Assembly (NCBI RefSeq): GCF_006345805.1
Contig: NC_042999.1
Location: 150,660,001 to 150,724,000 of the forward strand
From: Octopus sinensis
Lineage: Eukaryota
Reading direction: 5' to 3'
DNA: 64,000 bases
The position numbers and the translations under genes are program-made. The notes below the pieces were generated by a model that searched no databases, was not told the DNA's origin, and saw only the letters and a list, made by a program, of their open reading frames with translations. Positions 36,341 through 50,643 of the stretch are shown here, piece by piece (positions within the stretch are counted from its first letter, which is position 1; each line of letters starts with the position of its first letter).

Positions 36341-39179
36341 AGTGTGTGTATGTGTGTGCGCGCACGCGTCCGCATGCGGTTGTGTTTTTGTGTGTGTATG
36401 CTTTAGCAAAAGTTGTCACCCTTTACTTAGTAAATTTAGTCTTGGAGGAAATATACTACTACTACTACTGCTGCTGTCAGCCACCATCACCACCGCCGCC
36501 GCCGCCACTGCAATATTCCTACTACAACTATTACTAAGACGACTACCACTATCTCCAATTATCTTATTCTTCACTGATTTACAATTACAACATATGCAAT
36601 ATAGAAAGAGGCCTGCTGAGTTTACACATACAAAGTAACAGATTCACAGTAAAATGTTAGGCTAGCCTCGAGTTGCGAACCCCTAATTCAACTAAAACCC
36701 CCTTCTTCCCTGTCATCCCGTCCAGCCACTATCGTAGAGTCGTGTGTTAACAAATCAGGAAGGGCACCTGTTTATAGGATTCCCTTCTTCATTTATCAAC
36801 TCTTTTACTTCTGACCTGTCTCAGTTGACTTTTTCTCGTAGTCCTTCCATTCATTCGCGCTTTGTTGCTTCTCCCGTCTGTTTCTCTACCCCTTCCCTGC
36901 TCTGTCTATCATCGTCCTTCCTATCATATTTGTTGAAAGAAAATGAGTAAAAGAGAGAGAGAGAGAGAGTGTGTGCGAAAAAGTGTGTGTGTGATGAGAT
37001 AATATGCAACAAAATACGAAGAATTTAGTAGAAATACTACACTGTCGTAATACAGACACTCTTTGCTGAATTTTCTATTCATTAATGACAATTAATGTGT
37101 GTCACACTGGAATATACCGTTTCTTCAGCTTTGGGAATTATAAATATATAAAACTATTAAAAAAGAGGTAAGTGTAATGTTTATATTTTATAATTCTGTT
37201 TGTTTCACATTTTACGTTCGTACACTTATCGTATTGTCTCTTCGGTCGTTATTTTGAAATCAATCACAAAATATAGCAAATAATAGATATTCATTCGTCG
37301 TCTGTCGTGTCTCTATATTTGTAAAGGAAAGGTATGAACTTCTTCAACGCAATATTTCCTTTTTTCTTTTATAACTTCGGCAGCTTTGGGGCTTACGTGA
37401 AGAACGTTGCTTCAGAGAAGCATAGATAAAATTGGTAAATTTTCCCGGTTTCATTTATATAATCTTTAATAACAATGACATAATTACAACTCCGTCACAC
37501 GCTACTAAACTTAAGCGGGAAGTGATATTAATTGGATATAATTAACGTTTAAAGATTACAATTATCTTGTCGTCTTTTTATTTTATTAGTTTAATTCCTG
37601 CCGAAGTCGACTTCGGCTTTCATCCTTGTTGGGTCGATAAAGTAAGTACCAACTTAAATTAGAACCGATATCATTAATTGTACATTCTGAGTTCAAATTC
37701 TGCTGAGGTCAACTTTGCCTTTCATCCTTTCGGGGTCGATTAAATAAGTACCAGTTAATCACTGGGGTTTGATGTAATCGACTTTAATCCCCTTGTCTGT
37801 CCTTGTTTGTCCCCTCTATGTTTAGCCCCCTGTGGGCAGTAAAGAAATAGATATTAATTGTACCCCGCTCTGATAAGTTGTAGATAGTGGTCAACTTTAC
37901 TTTTTAACCTTCCGAAATCGATAAAATAGAAACCAGCATGATCTCTTGCTGTCAATATTTTCTTTTTACCCAAATTTGTAGCCTTGTGCTTGAGCATTAA
38001 AAAAAATGCTATTTAATATTTTGTTCCAGTTCTTAAAGTTCTGAGTTCAAATTCCTCCGAAGTCAACTTTGTCTCTCATCCTAGGACCGGTTAAGTATCG
38101 GAGTCGATGGTATTGACTAATCCTACTCCCTAAAACTTCAGGCTTTCTGTCTATATTAGAAATGGTTATTATCGTTGTTGTTGTTGTTATTATTAGGCGT
38201 GCTGGTAGAATTGTTAGCCCGCGGGACAAAATGCTTATAAGCATTTCGTCTGTCTTTACGTTCTGAGTTCAAATTCCGCCGAGGTCGACTTTACCTTCCA
38301 TCCTTTCAGGATGGAACATTAAGGTCGATGTAATGGACTTACTCCCTCCCCTAGAATTGCTGGCCCTGTGCATAAATTTGAAACATTATTTCGCCGGAGG
38401 CATCCACCGTGCCTTTCATCTTTCCGTAGAAAAAAGTATGTGGCTACTTACTAGTTTTAGCTGCTCATAGCCCCTCACCCCCAACCAAATTGTAGCCTTA
38501 TACCTAGTTGAGAAATCATCACCATCATCATTAGTCGCTCTGCAAATAAAACCATTATCATTACTGTTTCTAATCATTTCTCCCTGCCTTGCCCTCATCT
38601 TTTTATACAAACCTCCCACACAAATTGTAAACTGTCTTTTTAATGTCCTTCTCATCTGTTGTTTCTGTGGCAAATGAAAGAAATTATCATTATTGTTATT
38701 ATTATCATCCATAACGTCCCAACTTCCCGTTTCCGTTCCCCCTACTAAACACATACATGCTGTTGTTTCTGTAAAGAAAATCTCTAACACAACTACTAAA
38801 CTGCTACAATCAGCTTGACTGTTTTCCATCGTCCCAAGCCAAATCATGCATTGCACAAACTACAACCAACATGTGTGCATATAGGTTAGTTCATAAGAAA
38901 TACTGACTGGTGTGACCGAATAGTAGCGGTGATATGTTCCTCTAAACATGCTTTATAAGAGCTAAGGAGATAGGACAGATAATAAGTGAAGCATGGTGAG
39001 AAGCTGGATCTTGTTATCTTTTTCTCGGTACTAATGACCTTTTTTTTTCCATCTGCTTCCTTAGTCGTCTTTTCTTATCATTAGAATGAAGGCACTGACA
39101 TATTGTAGGACAAATTTCTTAAGCACGTTTTGTTACATAGATATACACGCACTACAGGCAAACGTAAACATACACTATA

Positions 39180-39241
<62 letters not shown>

Positions 39242-41180
39242 CACACGTACATCTACAAGTAGATTTTTAAGCATATAAAACATCTTTATTTACAAAAGCA
39301 TAAATAAAATGCATATCCATGCGCTCATATATTTACATACATAAACACACACGCATATATGTGTGTGTATTTGAATCTATACATATTGTAAACAGTTATT
39401 TATACAAGGAGATACTGTAAGCACTTAGCAGACACACACACACACATGTATCGGGTGTGGGAGGGTAATTGTGATTTTGAAATGCTGTCTTCCTGGCAAA
39501 ATCGGTATCTCCGTCGTTGAAAACAGAATTCCGGGTAAAAAAACTAACGAAAAGAGGGGTGGGGACGTATTCGACACGTCCATTATACATACATACTTAC
39601 ATACACACGTGTGTGTGCGTATCTGATAAGTACCAACACACGAAACTCTTGGCCTTTAAATCACTGTAACTTCTACCGATTATTAATTTAAAAAAAAAAC
39701 GTATATATACTCATATTTTGAGTTCTGTTTTTCGTTTGTATCACCAAACATGTATGCGTACGCTCGAACACTGGTTGTGTGCATATACACTTTTCCAGAT
39801 ATTTATACATTACTGCATATGCTTTATACGCACTTTTGACAAGTTGTAGTGCACCTGAGCACTGTATACAATAATTTCATTATTATTTATTACACATACG
39901 TACACGTTTAAGGTTACATGTGCTCACTTCCAGTTTGCTAAACTATAAACAAATGAAGTCAATTTATGTGAATGGGCATTTGTGACAAACGGAACCGTGC
40001 AATGATCGAGTAGCCGTGTGAATCCTAGCTTTTATTCAAACAGTGTACCCAAGACTACATTATCCATATTTCAGACAGTAGGGGAGGGATTTTGAGGGAG
40101 ATTAGTTTATTATTTTCGTAAGACGAACGACCACATAACTGACTCACCAAAGGCTCGCGTGTACTCTGTGGAGGAGTTTACAGAAAAGACAAACGAGAAG
40201 AACTTGTTTATTTTGGTGCCACGAAAGTAATTAACAGAGCATATAGTTTACTAAACGCAGCTTCTCTAGCCGAGGTTTTTAACCAGCCGTGTCGGCGATC
40301 AAGTTTCAATTCCCGGGAGAAAAACCATTTTTTAATTTCACTTCATTTCTTATTTGCTAAGCAAAGAATGAACGTAACTATATCAGTTATTTCATGCTCT
40401 GAATTAAACACGGTGATTACATCTACTTCTTATTTCCCGGTGCTGTTAATTGCAATTAAGTCAGGTAGAAAATTCAGGTACTTTCATTCATTCAATATTT
40501 GTGTGTGATGATGAGTAAATCTGACACATGACTAAAGGCGGCGGTAAAGCGAGGGTGGGAACACAGGGGTAATTGCCCAGGGCACAAAATTCTTAGGGTG
40601 TAAGCTTTCTAAAGGAGAAAACATAGTAAAATTTTATAAAATATCACGCTCTCCCATAAATATTTGTCTTGCCCCGGGGTCTGACAACTCTAGCTTCGCC
40701 GCTGGTTTCCCTTCACCGACTTAGCATTTGGATTGAAATCAATACCATAGTTTGGGTAAACGACTTCATTTAACGTGACGTCAAATATACGCATCTCTAA
40801 CAAAGCGTAAATTACCATCATAGCATCTCATGCGTATGAAACTGAGAATATGTATATATGCGTTGCGTGTTTATGAATGTGTGTGTGTATCATTTAATAA
40901 ACATAGTATATATTTTTATGAGCTACTAATGGTTTCATGTGATGAAAACATATCAGACAGCATTTTTTTCACACGCCAGGTGCCTTCACGCAATCCTCAG
41001 TCTCCAAACGTGTTACAAATGCAGTCTGAGATGCTCTCAGCACATGAAAAGTTCATTGAGATATATATTGTATTTATTAAATAATATAAATATTATTTGT
41101 ATTAAATATTATTATATTATTAGAAACAGTAATGATAATTTTACCAGATGGAGTACCTTTTTGTTGCTCACGGAAAAGTG

Positions 41181-41238
<58 letters not shown>

Positions 41239-41659
41239 CACTATATATATTTATACAAAATGGGACAAGAACGCACAACATCCAGATAGGTGATACAAGA
41301 AAGGGACAAACAAAATATCCAGATAGATGATACAAAGAAAACAAGGACAGGTCATTTGGAGTTTTCTTTCTTCAGTTGAGTTCCAGATTATCTTTGCAAT
41401 TTCGGCTGGTTACACTCGAGATTGCTCCAATCTGGTCAGCCCCAAGGTAAACTTAAGCTAAGAGCATTAATTAGATTCCTTGGAAGAAAGCAGTGAATGT
41501 ATACGAAAACAAGGACGGAAAAAATGGAGAAAGTTACACAAATACAAATAACAGGTCATTACAACAGGTGTCTTTTGACTAAGGACAAATTAAATTAAGC
41601 TGGCGTATGTATATGTGTATATATGTATGTATGCATGTTTGTTTCTCTGTATGTATCTG

Positions 41660-41665
41660 TGTGCG

Positions 41666-41702
<37 letters not shown>

Positions 41703-42435
41703 TATATATATTTATATTATATATATATATTTATGCTATATATATATATATGCATATATATATTATTTATACTATATATATATATATATATGCATATATA
41801 TTATTTATACTATATATATATATGCATATATATATTATTTATACTATATATATATATATGCATATATATATTATTTATACTATATATATATATGCATATA
41901 TATTATTTATACAATAATATATATATGCATGATGATGATGATATTATTATACTATATGTATATATATGCATATATATATTATTTATACTATATGTATATA
42001 TAGCATATATATATTATTTATACTATATGTATATATGCATATATTATTTATACTATATGTATATATGCATATATATATTATTTATACTATATGTATATAT
42101 ATGCATATATATTATTATTATACTATATGTATATATATGCATATATATATTATTTATACTATATGTATATATATGCATATATATATATTATTTATACTAT
42201 ATGTATATATATGCATATATATATATTATTTATACTATATGTATATATATGCATATATATATATTATTTATACTATATGTATATATATATGCATATATAT
42301 ATATTATTTATACTATATGTATATATATATGCATATATATATATTATTTATACTATATGTATATATATGCATATATATATTATTTTATACTATATGTATA
42401 TATAAGCATATATATATATTATTTATATCATATAT
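41660..42435. repeat. TA-derived minisatellite, about 34-38-bp unit gcatatatatattatttatactatatgtatatatat
   Basis: About 20 tandem units read directly. Confidence 0.92.
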
Positions 42436-42705
42436 ATAAATTAGAGAAAAACCACTATTATGTAATTCAAACAATGATAGATATATAGAAAAAATAAAAT
42501 ATATGATAAAACATTTATCTAGATCACAATAAAGTACATAATCATAAGTGCATAATAATAAACTAATTATATACTGTTTATTATTATGTACTTTATTGTG
42601 ATCTAGATAAATGTTTTATCATATATTTTATTTTTTCTATATGCTGTGATTTACGTCTATCATTGTATGAATTACAGGTTTTTTTTCTAATTTATATATA
42701 TATGC
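42431..42705. mobile_element. TA-embedded inverted-repeat element (tatataaattagagaaaaaccac end)
   Basis: Inner 60-bp perfect inverted repeat plus imperfect outer arms; end motif shared with 56885-57216. Confidence 0.65.
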
Positions 42706-44862
42706 ATATATTGTGAAGTTTGATTTAATGCTAAATTGAATTTTCCCTGTAAGTTTGGATTTATACTCCCTAATATTATTAGTATTATATATGTATATAT
42801 ATATTATATTATACATATATATGCGTATATATATATATATATATTATTTATATTTATTATATATATATATATATATATATCGTGAGGTCAATTCCCAGAC
42901 CGGGCTGTGTGTTGTGTTCTTGGGCAAGACACTTTATTTCATGTTGCTCTAGTTCACTTGGCTGTAGAGATGAGTTGCAACATCACTATTGCTAAGCTGT
43001 ATCAGTCTTTGCCTTTCCCTAGGATAACATAGGTGATGTGGAGAGGGGAGGCTGGTATGCATGGGTGATTGCTGGTCTTCCATAAAAGGAACCTTAGGTT
43101 GTGCGTTCGCTGGTGAGATGACTTTCCACCCAGACTTGTATCCCGGAGGGGAACCTCTTAGGTGCGCCCATTTGTGACTGATGGAGTCACATTCCTATTA
43201 TGTTTGTGTGTGGTCCCTGATGAATTTTCTATAAATGCAACCGAACTAGTTCAGTAAAAAATTTATTATTTGAATCAAATGCATAACTACTATTGAACAG
43301 ATGAATGCATGATCAAAAACCTCAATAAATGAAACACAAAATGCCTATCATCCAACTGAAAACTAACACTAATAATAACATACTACAAGCATAGAAACCT
43401 GAGAACAAACTACTAATGACCAATGTAATCTGCAGATTTTATTGTAAAACTGAAAGATGTAAACATCATGACTCCAGTTGTATGTATACAAAAAAAAATT
43501 GAAAAAAAGGCATTGGAGAGGCAATGTATATAGCCTGCACGCTGATAAATTTTTTCACAGATTATTTTCATGAAAATGTTAAAATACAAGTTGGCAAAGA
43601 AATTTGAATGTTATTTTAAGGGATTTGGAATTAAAAAAAATATAACATAAAATGAAGATTCTTCAATTTTTCACTGAAGAATGAATCATGCGTGTTCAAA
43701 AAAATAAAACTTTCTATTTCAATAGTTTTCCAGTGAAATGCTAAAATACGAGTTAACCAAGAAAATTAAAGGTTGTTTTGGAAAGTTCAACAGACAATTT
43801 TCATATGAATAAAATTTGCATATGACTAAAATAAATGATTATTCAAATAATAATCATGATTATGAATAGTCATGGTTATGAAAAAAAAAGTGAACAAAAT
43901 GAAATATTTATAGAAAAGTTTTCAATATCTTTCAATGATAGTAGGTGAATCAAACATACTGTAGTTCATTGTAGGATATAAATAATATGACTACTTGCTT
44001 ATCGAAAAATTTGTAAGTTTGATCTAAAAAAAATTTTTTTTAAAGTATTGTCATTATAGGTATTTATACTTTGGTGAAATTAAGAAATCAACTTGTAAAT
44101 AAATGATACTCTCAAATCCATCACTGTACACACACACACACAGTTGCATATCTACTTATGTATTTATGTATGTTTGAAGATAATCAAACGAAATTTTCAT
44201 CATTTCAAGCCACTTACCCAATGAATATTTCTGCCAAATTTGGTGAAAATCTGTGTAGCTGTTTTCCAGTAATTTTGCAAACACACAGATGAGTGATTAC
44301 AATATTCCGCTTTTGCTTATATGCACAGGGTAAAAATCAAGTCTGGTGGCATATATTAAGAAATGTTATTGATGCAGTATATTACATATTTATACATAAT
44401 ATACTGTATAGTGATACAGTATATTATTGAAACCATCTTTTCATGTGTTTCAGTGATCATTGTAAGGCAGATTATGTATTATGTATGCATTTCCTTAGAT
44501 AGTCAATATTCACATTATCAGAAGTTGATATGTGAAACACAATCCAAATAATAATTTCATAATATAATATAGTTGGCATTAGGAAGAGCATCCAACCACA
44601 GAAACTATACCAAAGCAGATATTTGAGCTCAAAGCAGTCCTCTGGTTTGTTAGATCCTGTCAAGCCGTTTAATATAGAAGACAAACATTAAATGATGATA
44701 GTGATTATCCAGACTTCAGTTTTGTTACTCTTTGATCCAAGAATATCTATAACAAAAAGCTATGCCAAAACAGTTTGAATTCTCTTTACAGGTTCCTCCA
44801 TAATGTTATAAAGGAATGCATGGAGTTCAAAAATACCTTGCACACACATTTCACTGATGTAA

Positions 44863-44893
<31 letters not shown>

Positions 44894-47071
44894 CTAGAGA
44901 GTGAGAGAGTTTTGATAATACAAACAGGAAAAATAATACTCAAAATATGAGTATGTATGTGTGTGTGTGTGTGTATGTATGTGTGTAATATTCTCAGTTG
45001 CATGGTAATTTTAATGTCATGAATAGCGAAAGCGAAACCGATCGACAAACACAATACAAGATATATTAAAAATTATATTAAAACTATGTAAAGTGTGTGC
45101 ATTTTCCTTCTTTAATTTCTCATATATATATATATATATATATACACACTCATATACACACACTCTGTAGACACTCAGCCCTTTAGTCATTTTGTAACTT
45201 ATGCCTGTTAAAAGAAAATGTACACACACACACATTTGGATGCATTGATATATATTTGTGGTCACACACACATGCATATATATATATGTTTATGAAACTG
45301 AATATTAGCCATGAAAATGAATATTAGTCATCTGTTGGACACTCTCCTAAACAAGGCAAGTTTGATATTTGATTATATTACATAATCATTTTAAAACTAA
45401 ATCTATGAATCATTTTCTCTGAATAGTATTATTCCCAGTCGCATGGTAATGCCTGTGACAAGCAACAAGCAAATCAAACCTATAGCAATTCCGGATATAT
45501 CAAATTTTTTTACTAGATGCATGTTTAGTAGCCACCTACATATTCTGCTTCACTGAGTTTTCACTTTTGCTCATGTTATTTTCTCTCAATGCTTACTCAA
45601 CTTCTGTAAAAATCCCAATTTATATAATTACATTATTGAATTAGATTGCTGATTAATTTACTAAGTGTTACTAATTTGGCTTCATTTTGGTTCTTCTTAC
45701 ATGTAAGAAGCCAATAGATACTTTTGGATTTGTGTCATAACTTTACAATAGCTTCCTTTTTCTTTAATTTTAGTCTATTTTTTCCTTCTGTCTGCAGACA
45801 GAATTCTAGAGTGTTGCAGTCTGGGTATTAAACTGCTGATGTTAATAACAATAATAATGATATAGACTGTAACAGTTATAATAATAATGGTTTTAAATTT
45901 TGGCACAAAGCCAGAAATTTTAGGGGAAGGGTCTGGTTTTTATTACATCAACACCAGTCATCAGCTTTCTGCCTTAATAATAATAATCCTTTCTACTAGA
46001 AGCACAAGGCCAGAAACCTAGGGGAGGAGACTAGTTGTTCACATTGACCCCACTATTTGACAGGTACTTAATTTATTGACCCCAAAAGGATGAAAGGCAA
46101 AGTCAACCCTGGCAGAAATAATAATAAAATAATTGTTTCAACTATTGGCACAAGGCCTGAAATTTTTAGGGAGGGTGCTAGTTGATTACGTTGACCCTAG
46201 TGCTTAATTAGTACTTATTTTATGAACCCTGCAAAAGGATGAAAAGCAAAGTCAACCTTTGCCAGAAGAAATACAACTAAGCATTTTGTCCAATGTGCTA
46301 ACAATTCTGTCTACTCACTGTCTTGATGGGTCTAATTACAATAAATTTAAAATCGGTGAAGGCATTTAGCCTAGTGGTTTGGGCTGTTCGACTCCTCATT
46401 GTAAGGCTGTGGGGTTTCTAACATGATAGTTTTGGCATACTTATAAGATTTTCTTACATTTTATATATGTGTGTATGTTCACATGAGTGTGTGTGTGCAA
46501 CCTAGGTATCTCTTATGAGATCTATACACTTCTTTGAACTGTCTTCAATATGAACAAATTGAGTTCCATTAGGTAAATTATCTTTGATCCATTCTATTAT
46601 TTGTATGTTAAAAATATAAGATTGCAATATTTATAGCAGTTTGTTCTTACATAATCAAATGCTTTTACTGTATCGTTGTAGAAAAAAATGACTATAGTGT
46701 TATTATCCATTTCCATTGTCTAAGTGTTTAGACAAAAGAGTACTTGAGTAATTGTAGAGTGATTTGGTAGAAAGCCAAGTCATGTGGTTTAATTGATAAA
46801 AGTTGTTTTTGAGTTTAAATGATTTAGAATATTTTGTTTTACAATGGTTTCAAAATGTTTACTAATAAAGTAATTGGCCTGTAATTACTGACATCACATG
46901 CTAAGTTCTTGTTGATGTAAAAAAATGTACCTCGGCAACTTTCCAAATTGATGGAAATGTTATAAAATACAAGGTAAAAGAAGAAATATAGGATATAAGT
47001 TCATCATCAGAATCATTGTCATCGTCATCATTATCATTTAAGGTCTTTGTTCCATGCTGGCATGGGTTGGA

Positions 47072-47465
47072 GGATCTTTTCGGTTTGAACGGCAGTTTTT
47101 CTAGCGGTGTCATGAAATTGTCACCCATAATTATAACCCTAGTATCGATCTATTGCATTTCAATCTGTTTTAGGGTTAGGGGTGGGGGGAAGGGTATCTT
47201 TTTTTCTTCACAAATGTAAATAAACCCAATTTGTTTCTTAAACGAGGGACAGAATGTTTTTTTTACCTCAATGGATGTCATTGATTGGTTGAAATTGCAG
47301 AAATTGAAGAAAAAAACCACAACTACCTTACAAGCTATAGAATTTTCTCAGTAAAGCCAAGAGAAAAAGATGTTTTATAAATACATTCTACCAGTATACG
47401 AAGTTTAAAATTTTTTAGTTACCTAGAAATTATGTTAAAAACTGCCGTTCAAACCGAAAAGATCC
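47072..47465. mobile_element. GG-terminated MITE with 8-bp TSD (Merlin-like), copy 1
   Basis: TIR ggatcttttcggtttgaacggcagt / actgccgttcaaaccgaaaagatcc; TSD gggttgga / gagttgga; interrupts an older repeat. Confidence 0.85.
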
Positions 47466-48561
47466 GAGTTGGACAATTTGACAGCATCTGACAAGCCAGA
47501 GATTTGCTTTGAATTCCAGTGTCTGCTTTAGCATGGTTTTTATGGCTGGACATGCTTTATGATGCTGACCACTTTACAAAGTGTACCGGGTCCTTTCTTT
47601 TGTGGCACTGGCACAGTGAGATCACTAAGTAATTCACAAGACAACCCCTCAACTGAGTGGGGATGCAGTATTGAGGGAGTTGACTTTGTGCCAGGTGTTG
47701 AGAGGTTAAATTATAATGAAGAAAAAGTAACAGGTGTCTTCATGTAGAAGGGATACATGAACTACCATAGATGGAAAAGGAAAAAGGATTGTTGGAGATG
47801 AGGTGTGAGGGCATGGCCCTTAGGTACAAGAAGGTGGATATAAAACAGAATAGGGACAAAGAAAGGAGGAGGATTCATTCAAATGTAAATTTGTTTATAA
47901 AATCTGTAGAATACTAATAAAGCTGAACCAAAATTTCAGGGAAAGAGGTTTTAAACCCTATCTGAAGTTTGAATGAGGATAATTTAGTTCTTACAGAGTA
48001 AATTTTTTTCTTTAAATTTTTATCCATTTCGTTATCTTGCTATCTCTCTTTAGGAGCCATGCCTACAGGTATCAGTAATATGGACCTCTATGTTAAAGTG
48101 TGAACATTCATGATTTTTCCCCAGAAAGAATGAATTTCTTTCTTGGGAAAGATACAGCAGTTTTTATAAGGCCCGGTGTTGAAGCTTGATAGCAGCGGCC
48201 TGCAAAGCTTGTGTTCACTTTATTCTATCCAATTCTAGTAAGCAGTGCAACTATTTACCCGTGTACGGTTACATAGGAATATAGACAGTATGCTCATTCC
48301 AAAAAAAAAAAAAATAATAATAATAAATAAATTCCGATGAGTCAAGAGGGAACCTCTACATAGTCGATCGTCCTGCTAGAAATAGAAACGTTATATCCAC
48401 TAAATCGTACCTTGTCATCTTAAATAATGAAAGAATGCATTGGATTGATATCCTAAATACTACCTAAAAGACGGGATGGTCGTAGCTGAAAGGGCTTTCA
48501 TTATAGGCCACTCAATCGAAGTTGTTAAGAGGTTAAACAACTATTACACAAAGCTAATATT

Positions 48562-48739
48562 CTTTTCTACTCTAGGCACAAGGCCCGAAATTTTGGGGGA
48601 GGGGCCAGTCAATTAGATCGATCCCAGTACGCAACTGGTACTTAATTTATTGACCCCGAAAGGATGAAAGGCAAAGTCGACCTCGGCAGAATTTGAACTC
48701 AGAACGTAAAGACAGACGTTTCTGCCAGCTCGCCGCCTT
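48562..48739 (-). mobile_element. Nin/Deu-type SINE monomer with internal deletion
   Basis: 12-bp TSD aaagctaatatt at 48550-48561 and 48740-48751. Confidence 0.88.
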
Positions 48740-48759
48740 AAAGCTAATATTATATCATT

Positions 48760-49375
48760 AAGGTGACGAACTGATAAAATCGTTAACACGCCGGGCAAAA
48801 TGCTTAGCGGCATTTCGTCTGCCGCTACGTTCTGAGTTCAAATTCCGCCGAGGTCGACTTTGTCTTTCATCCTTTCGGGGTCGATTAAATAAGTATCAGT
48901 TACGCACTGGGTCGATATAATCGACTTAATCCGTTTGTCTGTCCTTAGCCCCTTGTGGGTAGTAAAGAAATAGCTATCAAAGGCGGCGAGCTGGCAGAAT
49001 CGTTAGCACGTCGGGCGAAATGCTTTAGCGGTATTTCGGCTGCCGTTACGTTGTGAGTTCAAATTCCGCCGAGGTCGACTTTGCCTTTCATCCATTCGAG
49101 GTCGATAAATTAAGTACCAGTTACGCACTGGGATCGATGTAATCGACTTAATACCTATGTCTGTCCTTGTTTTTCCCCTTTACGGCCCCTTGTGGGTAGT
49201 AAAGAAATAGGCATTTCGCTGTCTTTATGTTCTGAGTTCAAATTCCGTCGATGTCAACTTTGCCTTCATCCTTTCGGGATCGACAAACTAAGTACCAGTT
49301 GGGTACTGGTGTCGATATAATCCATTAGCTCTTCTCCTAAAATTCCTGGGCTTGTATCAAAATTTGAAATCATTA
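48760..49375 (+). mobile_element. Nin/Deu-type SINE monomer followed by a dimer
   Basis: Heads at about 48760 and 48981; dimer junction at 49210/49211. Confidence 0.85.
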
Positions 49376-50226
49376 TTATCTATACCATCCACATAACAGT
49401 CAAATCTCTCTCAAATGACACCCACCTGTCTATATATAAAAGAAAAGACACATTGGATAGCTTTAGGATAACTAAAATAAAAAAATAAAATAAAAAAATG
49501 AGAGACTGTGATCACGGTTGGAACACCTACGTTCATTGGGTTACTGAATCGGAACTTATTTGCGGTTAAACAACAGTAGTATCAATATCTTTCATAGTTG
49601 CAACGATGGCAAAGATAAATTTAAAAAACAAAATTTAAGAATCTCAATAAAACTGCTCACTCCACGAAAACTGGAAAAATAAACAAACGAAAAACTATTG
49701 TACTTATTTCACTGGTTAACATTCCCGTTACTCTTGACAGTTTTCGTTTGCGTCCCCTATCTACGTGTACGGGTCCTTTTGTTTTGTTTTTATTATTTTT
49801 CTCCTTCACCGACATCCATATTTATACACCTCTGCTCTGATAAATCTGTCAAACGGGAGATGTTTATCACTCACACACACTTATGTACATTTGCATAAAA
49901 TACACACACACACACTGTACCTTTGAATTATTTTTTTCTGTTGGCACAGCCCATGTTTCTCACGTACAAGCTGTATCTATCATGTTTCATTTGGGATGTG
50001 GGATAACAAACGTTACTACTTAATAACAATTTCTACGTTAAGTACAAGTTCACTAAGTTTTGAGGGAAGTGGCTGATTCGATACCATCGGCCCTAGTACT
50101 TCACCTGTACTTAATTTTATCGAACCCGGCGAGATAAATCCTATTGATAATATAGTTTCGAATCTTTGACACGCGGTAAACAATTTTAGGGGAACGGATA
50201 AGTCGAATACATCAACCCCAGTGCTC

Positions 50227-50643
50227 GGATCTTTTCGGTTTGACCGGCAGTGTTTTAAAATAATTTCCACGTAACTAAACACTTTTAAACTTCGTATACT
50301 AGTAGAATGTGTTTATAAAACATCTTTATCTCTTGGCTTTATTGAGAAAATTCTATAGTTTGTAAGATATTTGTTGTTTTTTTTCTTCAATTTCTGCAAC
50401 TTCAACAATCAATGACGTCTATTGAGGTGAAAACATTCTGTGCCGTATGAATATGTCCCTCGTTTAAGAAACAGATTGGGTTTATTTACATTTCTGAAAA
50501 AAAAAAAGATACCCTTCCCCCACCCCTTAAACCTAACTCTAAAACAGATTGAAATGCAATAGATCGATACTAGGGTCGTAATTATGGGTGATAATTTCAT
50601 ATGACACCGCTAGAAAAAACTGTCGTTCAAACCGAAAAGATCC
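50227..50643. mobile_element. GG-terminated MITE (Merlin-like), copy 2, opposite orientation
   Basis: Same TIRs; cagtgctc upstream and cagtgc downstream; inserted in a Nin SINE. Confidence 0.85.

Noticed and set aside
35694-36419. 196-241-aa S/L/F-rich ORFs
   Set aside because: Reverse translations of the polypurine minisatellite
41396-41450. Possible hammerhead on the minus strand (gcaat-ctcgagtgtaaccagccgaa-attgc)
   Set aside because: No CUGANGA core and no convincing stem II
41660-42435. Regular repeat of about 35 bp resembling a CRISPR array
   Set aside because: No unique spacers, eukaryotic context, and no cas genes
41607-42488. 293-aa and overlapping Y/I-rich ORFs
   Set aside because: Translations of the TA-derived minisatellite
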